A DNA stretch of 32,940 bases, taken from Spirochaetaceae bacterium (GTDB lineage: Bacteria; Spirochaetota; Spirochaetia; Treponematales; Breznakiellaceae). Below are positions 7,182 to 16,014 of the stretch, piece after piece. Under the pieces are notes generated by a model that made no database searches, was not told where the DNA came from, and saw only the letters and a program-made list of their open reading frames with translations. The translations under genes were made by a program, and so were the position numbers. The stretch lies in the NCBI GenBank assembly GCA_031265025.1, contig JAISDF010000040.1, positions 1 through 32,940 on the forward strand, in the 5' to 3' direction. How positions within the stretch are numbered: the stretch's first letter is position 1; the number at the start of each line of letters is the position of its first letter.

Positions 7182-8421
7182 CGGATTAGTTGTCGGCCTT
7201 GACATAGGCACGACCAGGGTATGCGCGGTTATAGGAGAGCGTACCGGCTCAGGTATAGAGCTTACCGGCGTAGGCGTCGCTCCATCCACAGGACTCCGCA
7301 AGGGCGTAGTGGTAAATATTGAAGCCACCCTCCGTTCCGTATCGGCGGCCATAGAGGCGGCCGAACTGATGAGCGGCAGGGAGGTTCACGGCGCCTGGAC
7401 CGGCATAGGCGGCAGCCACATAGACGGGCTTAATTCCCGGGGCGTCGTCGCCGTTACGGGAAAAAACCGGGAGACCAGGGAAATCACCCAGGCCGACGTG
7501 GACCGGGTGCTTGAGGCAGCCCAGGCGGTGATGGTGCCCATGGACCGCCAGATGCTGGAAGTAATACCCCAGACCTTTATTGTTGATAACCAGAGGGGCA
7601 TACGAATGCCCCTGGACATGATAGGGGTGCGTCTTGAGGCCGAGGTGCATATCATCACCTGTTCGGTAACCGGCGCGCAGAATCTTGTCAAGTGCGTCAA
7701 CAGGGCCGGTTTCAGGGTGAACGGCCTTGTGCTACAGACCCTTGCCGCGGGCCGTTCGGTGCTTACCGAGGAAGAAAAGGAACTGGGCGTGGTCCTTCTC
7801 GATCTGGGAGGGGGAACCACCGACATACTGGTTTATTCCCAGGGCGCCCCGTATTCCACGGCGACCATTCCCGTGGGAGGTTCCCAGGTTACCAGCGATA
7901 TATCAATATTGAAGAATCTTTCCTTTGAAACATCGGAAAAGATAAAACTTGAGGCGGGCTGTTGCTGGGAAGCCCTCCTTGAGTCCGATGAGGAAATAAT
8001 AGTCCCCGGAGTCGGCGGAAGGGCGCCGGTGTCCATCCCGAGGTCGCATATCGAAAGGATAATACGGCCCCGCATGGAAGAAATTTTTACCATGGTCAAT
8101 GACAGGCTTGACGATCTTTCCCTGCCCAGGCCTCTGGGAGGGGGAGTGGTGCTGTCCGGCGGGGGCGCCCAGCTTCCCGGCGCGGCGGAACTCGCGGCCA
8201 GCGTCTTTGATCTTCCGGTAAGAATAGGCGTGCCCCTTTCGGTAGGCGGCCTCGTGGAAGAGTACCGGAGTCCCGGTTTTGCCACGGCGGTGGGCCTCAT
8301 GCTTGAGGGCTATGAACGCGAGGAGAGGAAGAATCCCGAGCGCGGCGCTGAGGCAAAGGCCAGGGACAAGGCGCCGCTTTTGGGCCGTTTTACCGACTGG
8401 ATACGGAAGGAATTTTTTTGA
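7171..8421 (+). CDS. ftsA: cell division protein FtsA (actin-like ATPase), apparently with a non-canonical CTG start
   Basis: Codons 7183-7239 read GLVVGLDIGTTRVCAVIGE, the phosphate-1 motif. Later motifs are VVLLDLGGGTTD and GGVVLSGGGAQLPG. The track start GTG 7309 would remove the phosphate-1 motif. The only plausible initiator upstream is CTG 7171, 6 nt after AAAGGAGG (7157-7164). Product confidence is high and start-codon confidence is moderate. Confidence 0.85.
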   Translation: MSNDGLVVGLDIGTTRVCAVIGERTGSGIELTGVGVAPSTGLRKGVVVNIEATLRSVSAAIEAAELMSGREVHGAWTGIGGSHIDGLNSRGVVAVTGKNRETREITQADVDRVLEAAQAVMVPMDRQMLEVIPQTFIVDNQRGIRMPLDMIGVRLEAEVHIITCSVTGAQNLVKCVNRAGFRVNGLVLQTLAAGRSVLTEEEKELGVVLLDLGGGTTDILVYSQGAPYSTATIPVGGSQVTSDISILKNLSFETSEKIKLEAGCCWEALLESDEEIIVPGVGGRAPVSIPRSHIERIIRPRMEEIFTMVNDRLDDLSLPRPLGGGVVLSGGGAQLPGAAELAASVFDLPVRIGVPLSVGGLVEEYRSPGFATAVGLMLEGYEREERKNPERGAEAKARDKAPLLGRFTDWIRKEFF

Positions 8422-8472
8422 ATCCTGAGGCGTGTTAGGCGCCAATTAAAATAGATTGGAGTGGGGGGGAAC

Positions 8473-9693
8473 ATGAATATCGAGATCCTTGAAGAAAAGA
8501 ACGGCACCAAAGAAACGGTCATCAAGGTCATAGGCGTAGGCGGCGGCGGGTCCAACGCGGTAAACCGCATGATATCCTGCGGAGTACAGAAGGTTGAATT
8601 TCTGGCCGCCAATACGGACATCCAGGCCCTTAACAAATCCCGGGCCGCGACCGTACTGACCATAGGGACCAAGGTTACAGGCGGACTCGGCGCCGGCGCG
8701 GATCCCGAAAAGGGGGAAAAGGCCGCGCTGGAAGACCGTGAGATGATAGCCAATGCCCTCAAGGGGGCTGACATGGTCTTTGTAACCGCGGGTATGGGCG
8801 GGGGAACCGGGACCGGGGCCGCGCCGGTAATCGCCCAGGTGGCCAGGGAGACCGGGGCCCTTACCGTGGGCGTCGTGACCAAGCCTTTCAAATTTGAAGG
8901 CGCTACCCGCATGCGTATTGCCGAGGAAGGTATCGCCAAGATGCGGGAGGCCGTTGATACCCTTATCATCATACCCAACGAACTGCTCCTTGAGATCGTT
9001 GACGACAAGACCACCGTGGTCGACGCCTTTCTCATGGCGGATGACGTGCTCAGGCAGGGTGTTCAGGGCATATCGGATCTCATCACCATACCGGGGCTCA
9101 TGAACGTTGATTTTGCCGATGTCAAGACTACCATGCACGGCCAGGGCGACGCCCTCATGGGCATAGGGATTGGTTCGGGAAGCAACAGGGCCGAGGAAGC
9201 CGCCAACAACGCCGTAAAGAATCCCCTGCTCAAGGGAAGCACCATGGCCGGTTCAACCCATGTGCTTATTAACATCACCGGCGGGCCTGACCTTTCACTC
9301 AAGGAAGTGAGCCGCATAGGGACTACCGTTACCGCCAATGTGGACCCCGACGCCCTTATCATCACCGGAACCGCCCTGGACGAGTCCTTTAACGACAAAA
9401 TACAGGTAACGGTTATCGCCACGGGATTCAAGAGCGAAAACATAAGCGAGGTAAAACCCCAGATACAGGCCCCTGAAAAACCGGCCGCCGACATCATGAC
9501 CGGCAGCGAATGGGACAAAATACTCGGGCAGTCAGGTCATTCAGGCGGGGGCCTTTCAAAAAAGAGCTATGAGGACCTTGACACCCCGGCGTATCTGCGG
9601 GTTTCCCGGAACGGCGCCGAGAACGGGACCCCGGAGGGGGACAGAAAGTCCGAAGGGGCCCAGGCGTACAATTACTTTGCCAGGGAAATGTAG
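8473..9693 (+). CDS. ftsZ: cell division GTPase FtsZ
   Basis: [17 protein letters not shown], the tubulin signature [22 protein letters not shown], and the C-terminal conserved peptide [12 protein letters not shown] 8473 is preferred over GTG 8461. Confidence 0.97.
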   Translation: MNIEILEEKNGTKETVIKVIGVGGGGSNAVNRMISCGVQKVEFLAANTDIQALNKSRAATVLTIGTKVTGGLGAGADPEKGEKAALEDREMIANALKGADMVFVTAGMGGGTGTGAAPVIAQVARETGALTVGVVTKPFKFEGATRMRIAEEGIAKMREAVDTLIIIPNELLLEIVDDKTTVVDAFLMADDVLRQGVQGISDLITIPGLMNVDFADVKTTMHGQGDALMGIGIGSGSNRAEEAANNAVKNPLLKGSTMAGSTHVLINITGGPDLSLKEVSRIGTTVTANVDPDALIITGTALDESFNDKIQVTVIATGFKSENISEVKPQIQAPEKPAADIMTGSEWDKILGQSGHSGGGLSKKSYEDLDTPAYLRVSRNGAENGTPEGDRKSEGAQAYNYFAREM

Positions 9694-9696
9694 GAC

Positions 9697-10596
9697 ATGG
9701 ACACCCGCCTTCTGGAACAGTACCGTTCAAGCCTCCTTGTTACGGAACACCGCGCCCTGCTTACCGTTGAGACTTACGAGACGGAGATACGCATGTTTCT
9801 CGCCTGGATTTCCGAAAGCGGCCTCGAAGCCCTTACGGTAAATCCCGGGGACCTGGGCCGGTATCTTGATTTCAGGCGGACAAAAAACAGCATAGATTCC
9901 CGCTCGGCGGCCAAAGCAATTTCCGCCCTGAGGTCGTTCTTTAGGTATATGGTGAATGAAGGCTTACGGGAGGACAATCCGGCCCAGATTCTGGAGCTTC
10001 CGAAAAGGAAGCAAAAACTCCCCGCTGTTCTTTCCAGGGAGGCTGTGGAAAAGATGCTTGCCTCAATAGATGTTTCAGGCCCGCGGGGCATACGGGACAG
10101 AGCCCTTTTTGAATTCATCTATTCGGCGGGGCTCCGTATCTCGGAAGCGGCCGGCCTTAAACTTTCCGATGTCTTCTTTGACGAAAAGACCGCTAAGGTA
10201 CGGGGCAAGGGCGGCAAGGAAAGGCTTGTTCCTTTCGGGGACGAGGCGGCGCGCTGGCTCAGGACCTACCTTGACAAGGCAAGGCCGAATCTGGCCGGGG
10301 CCAGTACCGGCCAGGCCCTGTTTATACGGAAGGGCGGGAGGCGCCTGTCCCGCAAGGGAATCTGGAAAAACTACCGGGCGATAACCGGTCTTTTGGGCCT
10401 GGGTTCCAGAGTCCATACCCTGAGGCACAGTTACGCCACCGAACTGCTGTACGGAGGGGCCGACCTCCGTTCCGTTCAGGAGCTTTTGGGCCACGCGGAT
10501 CTGGCTACCACCCAGATTTATACCCATGTGGATGTTTCCCTTTTGCGGGAAAACCACCGGCGTTATCTGCCGAAACTGCGGGAATATACAAAATGA
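9697..10596 (+). CDS. xerD: tyrosine site-specific recombinase, XerD-like
   Basis: 299 aa. Motifs [36 protein letters not shown] and [39 protein letters not shown], which give the R..HxxR..Y catalytic set. It starts 3 nt after the ftsZ stop. The XerD versus XerC assignment is tentative. Confidence 0.8.
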   Translation: MDTRLLEQYRSSLLVTEHRALLTVETYETEIRMFLAWISESGLEALTVNPGDLGRYLDFRRTKNSIDSRSAAKAISALRSFFRYMVNEGLREDNPAQILELPKRKQKLPAVLSREAVEKMLASIDVSGPRGIRDRALFEFIYSAGLRISEAAGLKLSDVFFDEKTAKVRGKGGKERLVPFGDEAARWLRTYLDKARPNLAGASTGQALFIRKGGRRLSRKGIWKNYRAITGLLGLGSRVHTLRHSYATELLYGGADLRSVQELLGHADLATTQIYTHVDVSLLRENHRRYLPKLREYTK

Positions 10597-11357
10597 AAAA
10601 TCCAAGAATAAGGGAATATGTGCTGGGCTTTCTGGTGATCATCCTCATAGGGGCGATTGTCGTGGGCTTTCAGTTGTACAAAAAGCAGTCGGCCAGGAGC
10701 CAGCTTGCCTCCCGTATTGCCGAACTCAGTCCCAGGGGAGGGCCGCCCGAGACCATAGAAGGTCTGCGCGAGGCCATAGCCCTCTATGAGGATATGATAG
10801 AAGAACAGGTCAATACGGCGGTCAAGACCGGGATATACTGGAAAATACTCTCCGCCCGCCTCCAGGACAAGGAACTCTACGGCGAGGCTTTCAAGGCCCT
10901 GGAACGGGCTGTCTCCTATACCCCCGAAGACCCGGCGCTGCACTATTCAACCGGGCTTGTGGCCGGCCTGCTGGCCAGGGATTACCATGATTATACCGCC
11001 GCTACCGACGGCAGCCAGGAGAGGGCCCGTTACTACAGCCTTGCCGAAGAGGCATATCGCAGGGCCATAGCCATTGACGAGCGTTATACCAAGGCCCATT
11101 ACGGCCTCGCGGTTCTCTATGTATTTGAACTTAACCGTCCCGCCGAGGCCATTCCCCATCTTGAGCGTTATCTTGAGATACAGACCAGGGATACCGACGC
11201 CATGTTCATACTGGCCAGGGCATTTTACGCGACCGGCGGCTATGACAGGGCGGTGGAGCTTTACGATGAGATAATCTCGATTACAAAGGATTCCTCCCGC
11301 CGGAGACAGGCGGAAGACAATAAACAGCAGGCCTTATCGGCCTCCTATGGGAGCTGA
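10593..11357 (+). CDS. membrane-anchored tetratricopeptide-repeat (TPR) protein
   Basis: N-terminal TM helix VLGFLVIILIGAIVVGF. TPR-like A/Y-rich helical repeats follow (AEEAYRRAIAIDERYTKAHYGLAVLY, LARAFYATGGYDRAVELYDEI). ATGA overlap with xerD. Confidence 0.7.
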   Translation: MKNPRIREYVLGFLVIILIGAIVVGFQLYKKQSARSQLASRIAELSPRGGPPETIEGLREAIALYEDMIEEQVNTAVKTGIYWKILSARLQDKELYGEAFKALERAVSYTPEDPALHYSTGLVAGLLARDYHDYTAATDGSQERARYYSLAEEAYRRAIAIDERYTKAHYGLAVLYVFELNRPAEAIPHLERYLEIQTRDTDAMFILARAFYATGGYDRAVELYDEIISITKDSSRRRQAEDNKQQALSASYGS

Positions 11358-11368
11358 CAGGATTCGGT

Positions 11369-12364
11369 ATGGATACAAGGGGTCTCCTGGACTTTATAAT
11401 TATCGCGATTCCCGGCATTTCCCTCCGGGACCGCCTGTTTTTATGCGAAAAATTTGACCTTGAGGAGGAAATATCCATACTTTCAAGGGAGGATATAGAA
11501 AAAATTCTCCGGAAGCCCCTGAACCGCTATGCTTTCAGCATGGAAGGAGTGCTGAGGCAGGCCGAAGCCGATTACCGGCGCACTCTGAGACAAGGCATAG
11601 GTTTTATATCGTGGGCGGACGCGGAATATCCTCCCCTGCTCAGGGAGATAAGCGATCCGCCGGTCCTGCTTTTTTTCAGGGGCAGTCTTCCCCCCCGGGA
11701 CCGGGCCCTTGCCGCCGTCGTGGGAACAAGAAAACCCAGCGGCCGGGGAACCCGCGCGGCCTATGAATTCGCCAGGGACCTGGGCAGGGCGGGAATTCCG
11801 GTGGTATCAGGTCTTGCCCTGGGCATAGACGCCATGGCCCACCGGGGTTCTGTTGACGGAGGTCCCGGCGGGATAGCCGTTCTTGGCTCAGGCATAGACA
11901 TGGTCTATCCGGCCTCAAACCGCGTCCTGGCGGGAAAAATCCTTGAAAGGGGCGGCGCCCTGCTCAGTGAATATGTTCCGGGAACCATCCCGGCCAGGTG
12001 GCGCTTTCCCGCGAGAAACCGTATCATAGCGGGACTCTGCCGGGGAACGCTTATAGTCGAGGCGGGGGAACATTCAGGCGCCCTGATCACCGCCCAGTTT
12101 GCCCTTGACGAGGGGCGGGACCTCTGGGTCGCCAGGGCCGGCTTTGATTCCCCCCTTGGCGGGGGAACAAGGCGCCTGGCCTCTGACGGCGCGCCGGTGC
12201 TGGAAAACGCGGCGGAACTTCTCGCGGAATGGCGTTATGCCCCCGCCGCGAGGCCGCTTCTCCGGGGGGAACCCTGTTCAACGGGGGAACCCTGTTCAAC
12301 GGGGGAGGCCCTGGCCTTTTCACTTATGGAAGATATTTTGCGTATTCAAAAAACGGAGACCTGA
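11369..12364 (+). CDS. dprA: DNA-processing protein DprA (Smf)
   Basis: PPLLREISDPPVLLFFRG, AVVGTRKPS, SGLALGIDAMAHRG, IAVLGSGIDMVYP, PARWRFPARNRIIAGL and LIVEAGEHSGALITAQFALDEGRDLW. Confidence 0.93.
   Translation: MDTRGLLDFIIIAIPGISLRDRLFLCEKFDLEEEISILSREDIEKILRKPLNRYAFSMEGVLRQAEADYRRTLRQGIGFISWADAEYPPLLREISDPPVLLFFRGSLPPRDRALAAVVGTRKPSGRGTRAAYEFARDLGRAGIPVVSGLALGIDAMAHRGSVDGGPGGIAVLGSGIDMVYPASNRVLAGKILERGGALLSEYVPGTIPARWRFPARNRIIAGLCRGTLIVEAGEHSGALITAQFALDEGRDLWVARAGFDSPLGGGTRRLASDGAPVLENAAELLAEWRYAPAARPLLRGEPCSTGEPCSTGEALAFSLMEDILRIQKTET
12265..12306 (+). repeat. perfect 18-bp tandem duplication (2 copies plus a 6-nt partial third copy) inside the dprA 3' end
   Basis: GGGGGAACCCTGTTCAAC occurs at 12265-12282 and 12283-12300, followed by GGGGGA. 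It encodes GEPCST-GEPCST-GE and is in frame. Confidence 0.95.
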
Positions 12365-12406
12365 GGGTTCCGGCGTATCAACAAGACGGGATTTTGAGGA
12401 GCGTAT

Positions 12407-14560
12407 ATGGCGGTAAAAACAGCCAAGAAAGAGAAAAACAAGAAAACCCTGGTGATCGTGGAATCGCCGGCCAAGGCCAAAACCATCGAGAAATACCTGG
12501 GGCCCAACTACAGCGTCAAGGCGTCCATGGGCCATCTTATTGATTTACCCAAGTCCCGCACGGCTATTGACGTGGACAATAATTTTGAACCCGAGTACAT
12601 CACCGTAAGGGGACGGGCCAAACTTCTCAAGGAAATCCAGGGCGACGCCAAAAAGGCCGGAGAAGTGCTCCTGGCAAGTGATAATGACCGGGAAGGGGAG
12701 GCCATAGCCTGGCATCTCCGCAACGCCATAAGCGCCAAGTCCGCCAAGGTTCCCATAAAGCGCATAGTCTTTAACGAGATAACCCCGGTGGCGATAAAGG
12801 AAGCGGTTTCCAATCCCACCGATATTGACGACGCCAAGGTAAACGCCCAGAAAGCCCGCCGGGTTCTTGACCGCCTGGTTGGTTATAATCTTTCGCCCCT
12901 GCTCTGGAAAAAGGTAAAGAACGGCCTTTCGGCGGGCAGGGTCCAGTCCGTGGCCCTGCGCCTCATCTGCGAGCGCGAAAGGGAAGTCGAGTCCTTTATC
13001 CCCGAAGAATACTGGACACTGGAGGCGGACTTCAGGGTGGGTAAAAGCACTTTCACCGCCCAGTTGGTAAGCTGGCTCGGCGCTAAGCCCGAACTCAAAA
13101 ACGAGGAAGCGGTAAAGGCCATCATAAAGGAGATCGCGGGTTCCGAATGTACGGTCATTGACATACGGGAAACGGAAAAATCGGTCAGGCCCAGGCCCCC
13201 GTTTACCACGAGCCAGCTCCAGCAGGCCGCGGCAAACCGCCTGGGCTTTACCAGCAAGAAGACCATGCAGATAGCCCAGCAGCTTTACGAAGGCGTAAAC
13301 ATAGGCGCCGGGGACGCCGGCGAAATATCCCGTGTGGGCCTCATCACCTATATGCGCACCGATTCGGTCCGTGTCTCACAGACAGCCCTGGACGAAGTGC
13401 GCGGATGGATAAAGGAAAAGTACCCCAAGGACCTTCCCAATGAACCTGTGGAATACGCGGTGGGCAAGAAGGCCCAGGACGCCCACGAAGCGATACGGCC
13501 CACCTATGTACAGTATACGCCGGATTCGGTAAAGGAATTTCTTTCCCGGGACCAGCAGAGGCTTTACGCCATCATCTGGGAGCGCTTTGTCTCAAGCCAG
13601 ATGAACAACGCCAGAACCAGGACCCTGAGCGTGGACATAGGCGCCGGAAAGCAAAACGAGGCCGTGTTCCGTATTTCGGGAACAAAACTTGTTGACAAGG
13701 GTTTTTACCGGGTGATTAAACTGTTAAGTTCCAAGGAAGAAAAGGGAGAAACCCTGCCCCGGCTTGCCAAGGGCGACGCGGTTGTTTCTGAAAAATTCTA
13801 CCCGGAGCAGCATTTTACCCAGGGCCCGGCCAGGTACACCGACGCGTCCATAGTCAAGACCCTGGAAGAAAAGGGCATAGGCAGGCCCTCTACCTACGCG
13901 CCCATCATTTCGGTGCTTCTTGACCGCTACTATGTTACCAGGTCGAACAAGCAGCTTGTTCCCACCCTGCTGGGAAAGATGATCTGCGACATGCTGGTCG
14001 AATATTTCCCCCATGTGGTTGACTCGGGCTTTACCGCGACCATGGAAAACAGGCTCGACGAGGTTGAGGAAAACCGCATATCCTGGCCCGATATGATCAG
14101 GGATTTTTACAGTCCCTTCAAGGAAAGGGTTGACGAGGTGGGCAAGACCCTTGAGTCTTTCAAGGGTTCCCTTGACGAGGAAACCGATTATGTGTGCGAA
14201 AAATGCGGCAAAAAAATGATCAAGAAGCTCGGCCGCTTTGGTTTCTTTCTTGCCTGCGCGGGTTTTCCCGAATGCAGAAACACCAAGTCCATACCGCTGG
14301 CAAAATGCCCGAGGCCCGGCTGCGGCGGCGATATAGTCGCCAGAAAGACCAAGGGCAGGGGCAAGGAATTCTACGGCTGTACCAATTATCCCGAATGTGA
14401 TTTTATAAGCCACTTTAAGCCCATAGCCCAAAACTGTCCCAAGTGCGGACAGTTCATGGTGGAAAAATACGACAAGAAAAACGGCTCCCACAAAGCCTGC
14501 ATAAATCCCGAATGTGATTATCTCCATTCAAGCGACGATGAAGGAGAAGGCGATGCCTGA
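12407..14560 (+). CDS. topA: DNA topoisomerase I (type IA) with three C-terminal zinc ribbons
   Basis: Toprim LVIVESPAKAKTIEKYLG and DNDREGEAIAWH, active-site region ITYMRTDS, and GRPSTYA. Three CxxC...CxxC ribbons: CEKCG..FPEC, CPRPGCGG..YPEC and CPKCG..NPEC. The SD GAGGAG lies 5 nt upstream. Confidence 0.97.
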   Translation: MAVKTAKKEKNKKTLVIVESPAKAKTIEKYLGPNYSVKASMGHLIDLPKSRTAIDVDNNFEPEYITVRGRAKLLKEIQGDAKKAGEVLLASDNDREGEAIAWHLRNAISAKSAKVPIKRIVFNEITPVAIKEAVSNPTDIDDAKVNAQKARRVLDRLVGYNLSPLLWKKVKNGLSAGRVQSVALRLICEREREVESFIPEEYWTLEADFRVGKSTFTAQLVSWLGAKPELKNEEAVKAIIKEIAGSECTVIDIRETEKSVRPRPPFTTSQLQQAAANRLGFTSKKTMQIAQQLYEGVNIGAGDAGEISRVGLITYMRTDSVRVSQTALDEVRGWIKEKYPKDLPNEPVEYAVGKKAQDAHEAIRPTYVQYTPDSVKEFLSRDQQRLYAIIWERFVSSQMNNARTRTLSVDIGAGKQNEAVFRISGTKLVDKGFYRVIKLLSSKEEKGETLPRLAKGDAVVSEKFYPEQHFTQGPARYTDASIVKTLEEKGIGRPSTYAPIISVLLDRYYVTRSNKQLVPTLLGKMICDMLVEYFPHVVDSGFTATMENRLDEVEENRISWPDMIRDFYSPFKERVDEVGKTLESFKGSLDEETDYVCEKCGKKMIKKLGRFGFFLACAGFPECRNTKSIPLAKCPRPGCGGDIVARKTKGRGKEFYGCTNYPECDFISHFKPIAQNCPKCGQFMVEKYDKKNGSHKACINPECDYLHSSDDEGEGDA

Positions 14561-15485
14561 GCGCCTTAGCGAATATCTTGATTATCTGCGTGCCGTGCGG
14601 GGTGTCTCGGGCCGTACCCTGGCCGCCTACGGCAAGGACCTTGATCATTTCGCGTCCTATTGCCAAAATTCGGGGATAGATCCCGATACGGCAAAAACCA
14701 GGGAAGTGCGGGCCTTTGTCGCCGACCTTACCAGGGAAGGCGCCGCGGCGGTAAGCGTCAACAGGGCCCTTTCGTCGGTGCGGGGTTTTTACCGCTGGCT
14801 CATACGCTTCGGCGTCCGCGAGGACGACCCTTCGTCTTCAATACGAAACATAAAGACCCCCAGGACCCTGCCGGCCTTTCTCTGGGAAGGGGAAATGGCC
14901 CGTTTTTCCGGCCTGCCCGATACGGCCGGCATACTCTGGCCCCTCAGGGACAAGGCGCTGATTCTCGCCATGTATTCGGCCGGGCTGCGCATCTCCGAAC
15001 TCGCGGCCCTCACGCTTGAAACCCTGCTTCCCGATCTTTCGGGCGGGCGGGTAACGGGAAAGGGCGGCAAGGAGCGTTATGTGTTCTTTTCCGATGAGGG
15101 CCGGGAAGCCATTGCCGCGTATCTTCCGGCCCGGCGGGCGCGGATAAAGGCGGAAAAACCGACAGACGTACTCTTTATAAACCGCAAGGGGGGCTCCCTT
15201 TCCATACCTGGCATCAGGTGGATTATCAGAAGTTACGCGGAACGTTCGGGTCTGGACAAGAACGTGCATCCCCACGCGCTGCGGCACAGTTTTGCCACCC
15301 ATCTTGTCAACTCAGGCTGTGATGTCCGGGTAGTGCAGGAACTGCTCGGTCACGCGAGCCTCTCCACCACCCAGCGTTATACCCATGTCAACATGGAACA
15401 TCTCAGGGAGGTTTATGCCTCGGCCCATCCCCACGGAAGAATCCGCGGCGTTCAGTCCCGTACAGGAGCGGATAATGAAAAATGA
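14553..15485 (+). CDS. xerC: tyrosine site-specific recombinase, XerC/CodV-like
   Basis: [35 protein letters not shown] and [42 protein letters not shown] 14553 sits 6 nt after GAAGGAG and overlaps the topA stop by 8 nt. The track start 14514 is an upstream extension. Confidence 0.88.
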   Translation: MPERLSEYLDYLRAVRGVSGRTLAAYGKDLDHFASYCQNSGIDPDTAKTREVRAFVADLTREGAAAVSVNRALSSVRGFYRWLIRFGVREDDPSSSIRNIKTPRTLPAFLWEGEMARFSGLPDTAGILWPLRDKALILAMYSAGLRISELAALTLETLLPDLSGGRVTGKGGKERYVFFSDEGREAIAAYLPARRARIKAEKPTDVLFINRKGGSLSIPGIRWIIRSYAERSGLDKNVHPHALRHSFATHLVNSGCDVRVVQELLGHASLSTTQRYTHVNMEHLREVYASAHPHGRIRGVQSRTGADNEK

Positions 15486-16014
15486 ATTCAGGTCTACAAC
15501 GGTAATCGCCGTCCGCAGGGAAGGCAGGGTGGCCATGGCCGGCGACGGCCAGGTAACCATGGGCGAGACGGTGATGAAGAATAACGCCCGCAAGGTCAGG
15601 CGTCTCCTTGACGGCAGGGTGCTGTGCGGTTTTGCCGGCGCCACAGCCGACGCCTTTACCCTCTTTGACCGCTTTGAGGAAAAGCTCAAGGAATATTCGG
15701 GGGACCTTGCCCGTTCGGCGGTGGAGCTTGCCAAGGAATGGCGCACCGACCGGACCCTGCGCCGCCTTGAGGCCCTGCTTCTTGTGGCGGACAGGGAAAA
15801 GACCTTTCTCGTGTCAGGAACCGGCGATGTAATAGAACCTGCCGGGAATGCCCTTGCCATAGGTTCGGGCGGCAACTATGCCTATGCCGCCGCTCTGGCC
15901 TATCTTGACGGCTCGGAGCTTTCGGCCTCGGAAATAGCCAGGCGCAGCCTTGAGATAGCCGGAACTATCTGCATCTATACCAACGGGAACATAACCCTGG
16001 AGGAAATAAACTGA
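15475..16014 (+). CDS. hslV: ATP-dependent protease subunit HslV (CodW-like, with a short N-terminal extension)
   Basis: [37 protein letters not shown] and [12 protein letters not shown] 15475 sits 6 nt after GGAG and overlaps the xerC stop by 11 nt. The track start 15385 runs through the xerC 3' end. Confidence 0.93.
   Translation: MKNEFRSTTVIAVRREGRVAMAGDGQVTMGETVMKNNARKVRRLLDGRVLCGFAGATADAFTLFDRFEEKLKEYSGDLARSAVELAKEWRTDRTLRRLEALLLVADREKTFLVSGTGDVIEPAGNALAIGSGGNYAYAAALAYLDGSELSASEIARRSLEIAGTICIYTNGNITLEEIN

Noticed and set aside
8310-9138. Two overlapping minus-strand ORFs (241 and 230 aa) opposite ftsZ.
   Set aside because: FtsZ on the + strand is certain from its tubulin signature. The antisense translations are Ser/Pro/Ala/Arg-rich with no recognisable domain.
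2674-15474. Longer N-terminal extensions offered by the ORF track for murF (2674), ftsW (5135), ftsQ (6315), ftsZ (8461), xerC (14514) and hslV (15385).
   Set aside because: Each extension overlaps the preceding gene and adds non-homologous residues. Internal starts with an SD at about 6 nt, or ATGA/TGATG coupling, give the family-typical N-termini.
9697-15485. Two tyrosine recombinase genes bracket TPR-dprA-topA. I considered an integrative element or integron-like cassette.
   Set aside because: Both are Xer-type housekeeping recombinases embedded in tightly coupled core genes. I saw no flanking direct or inverted repeats, att-like sites, cargo genes or change in codon style. The arrangement is the conserved codV/xerD context.
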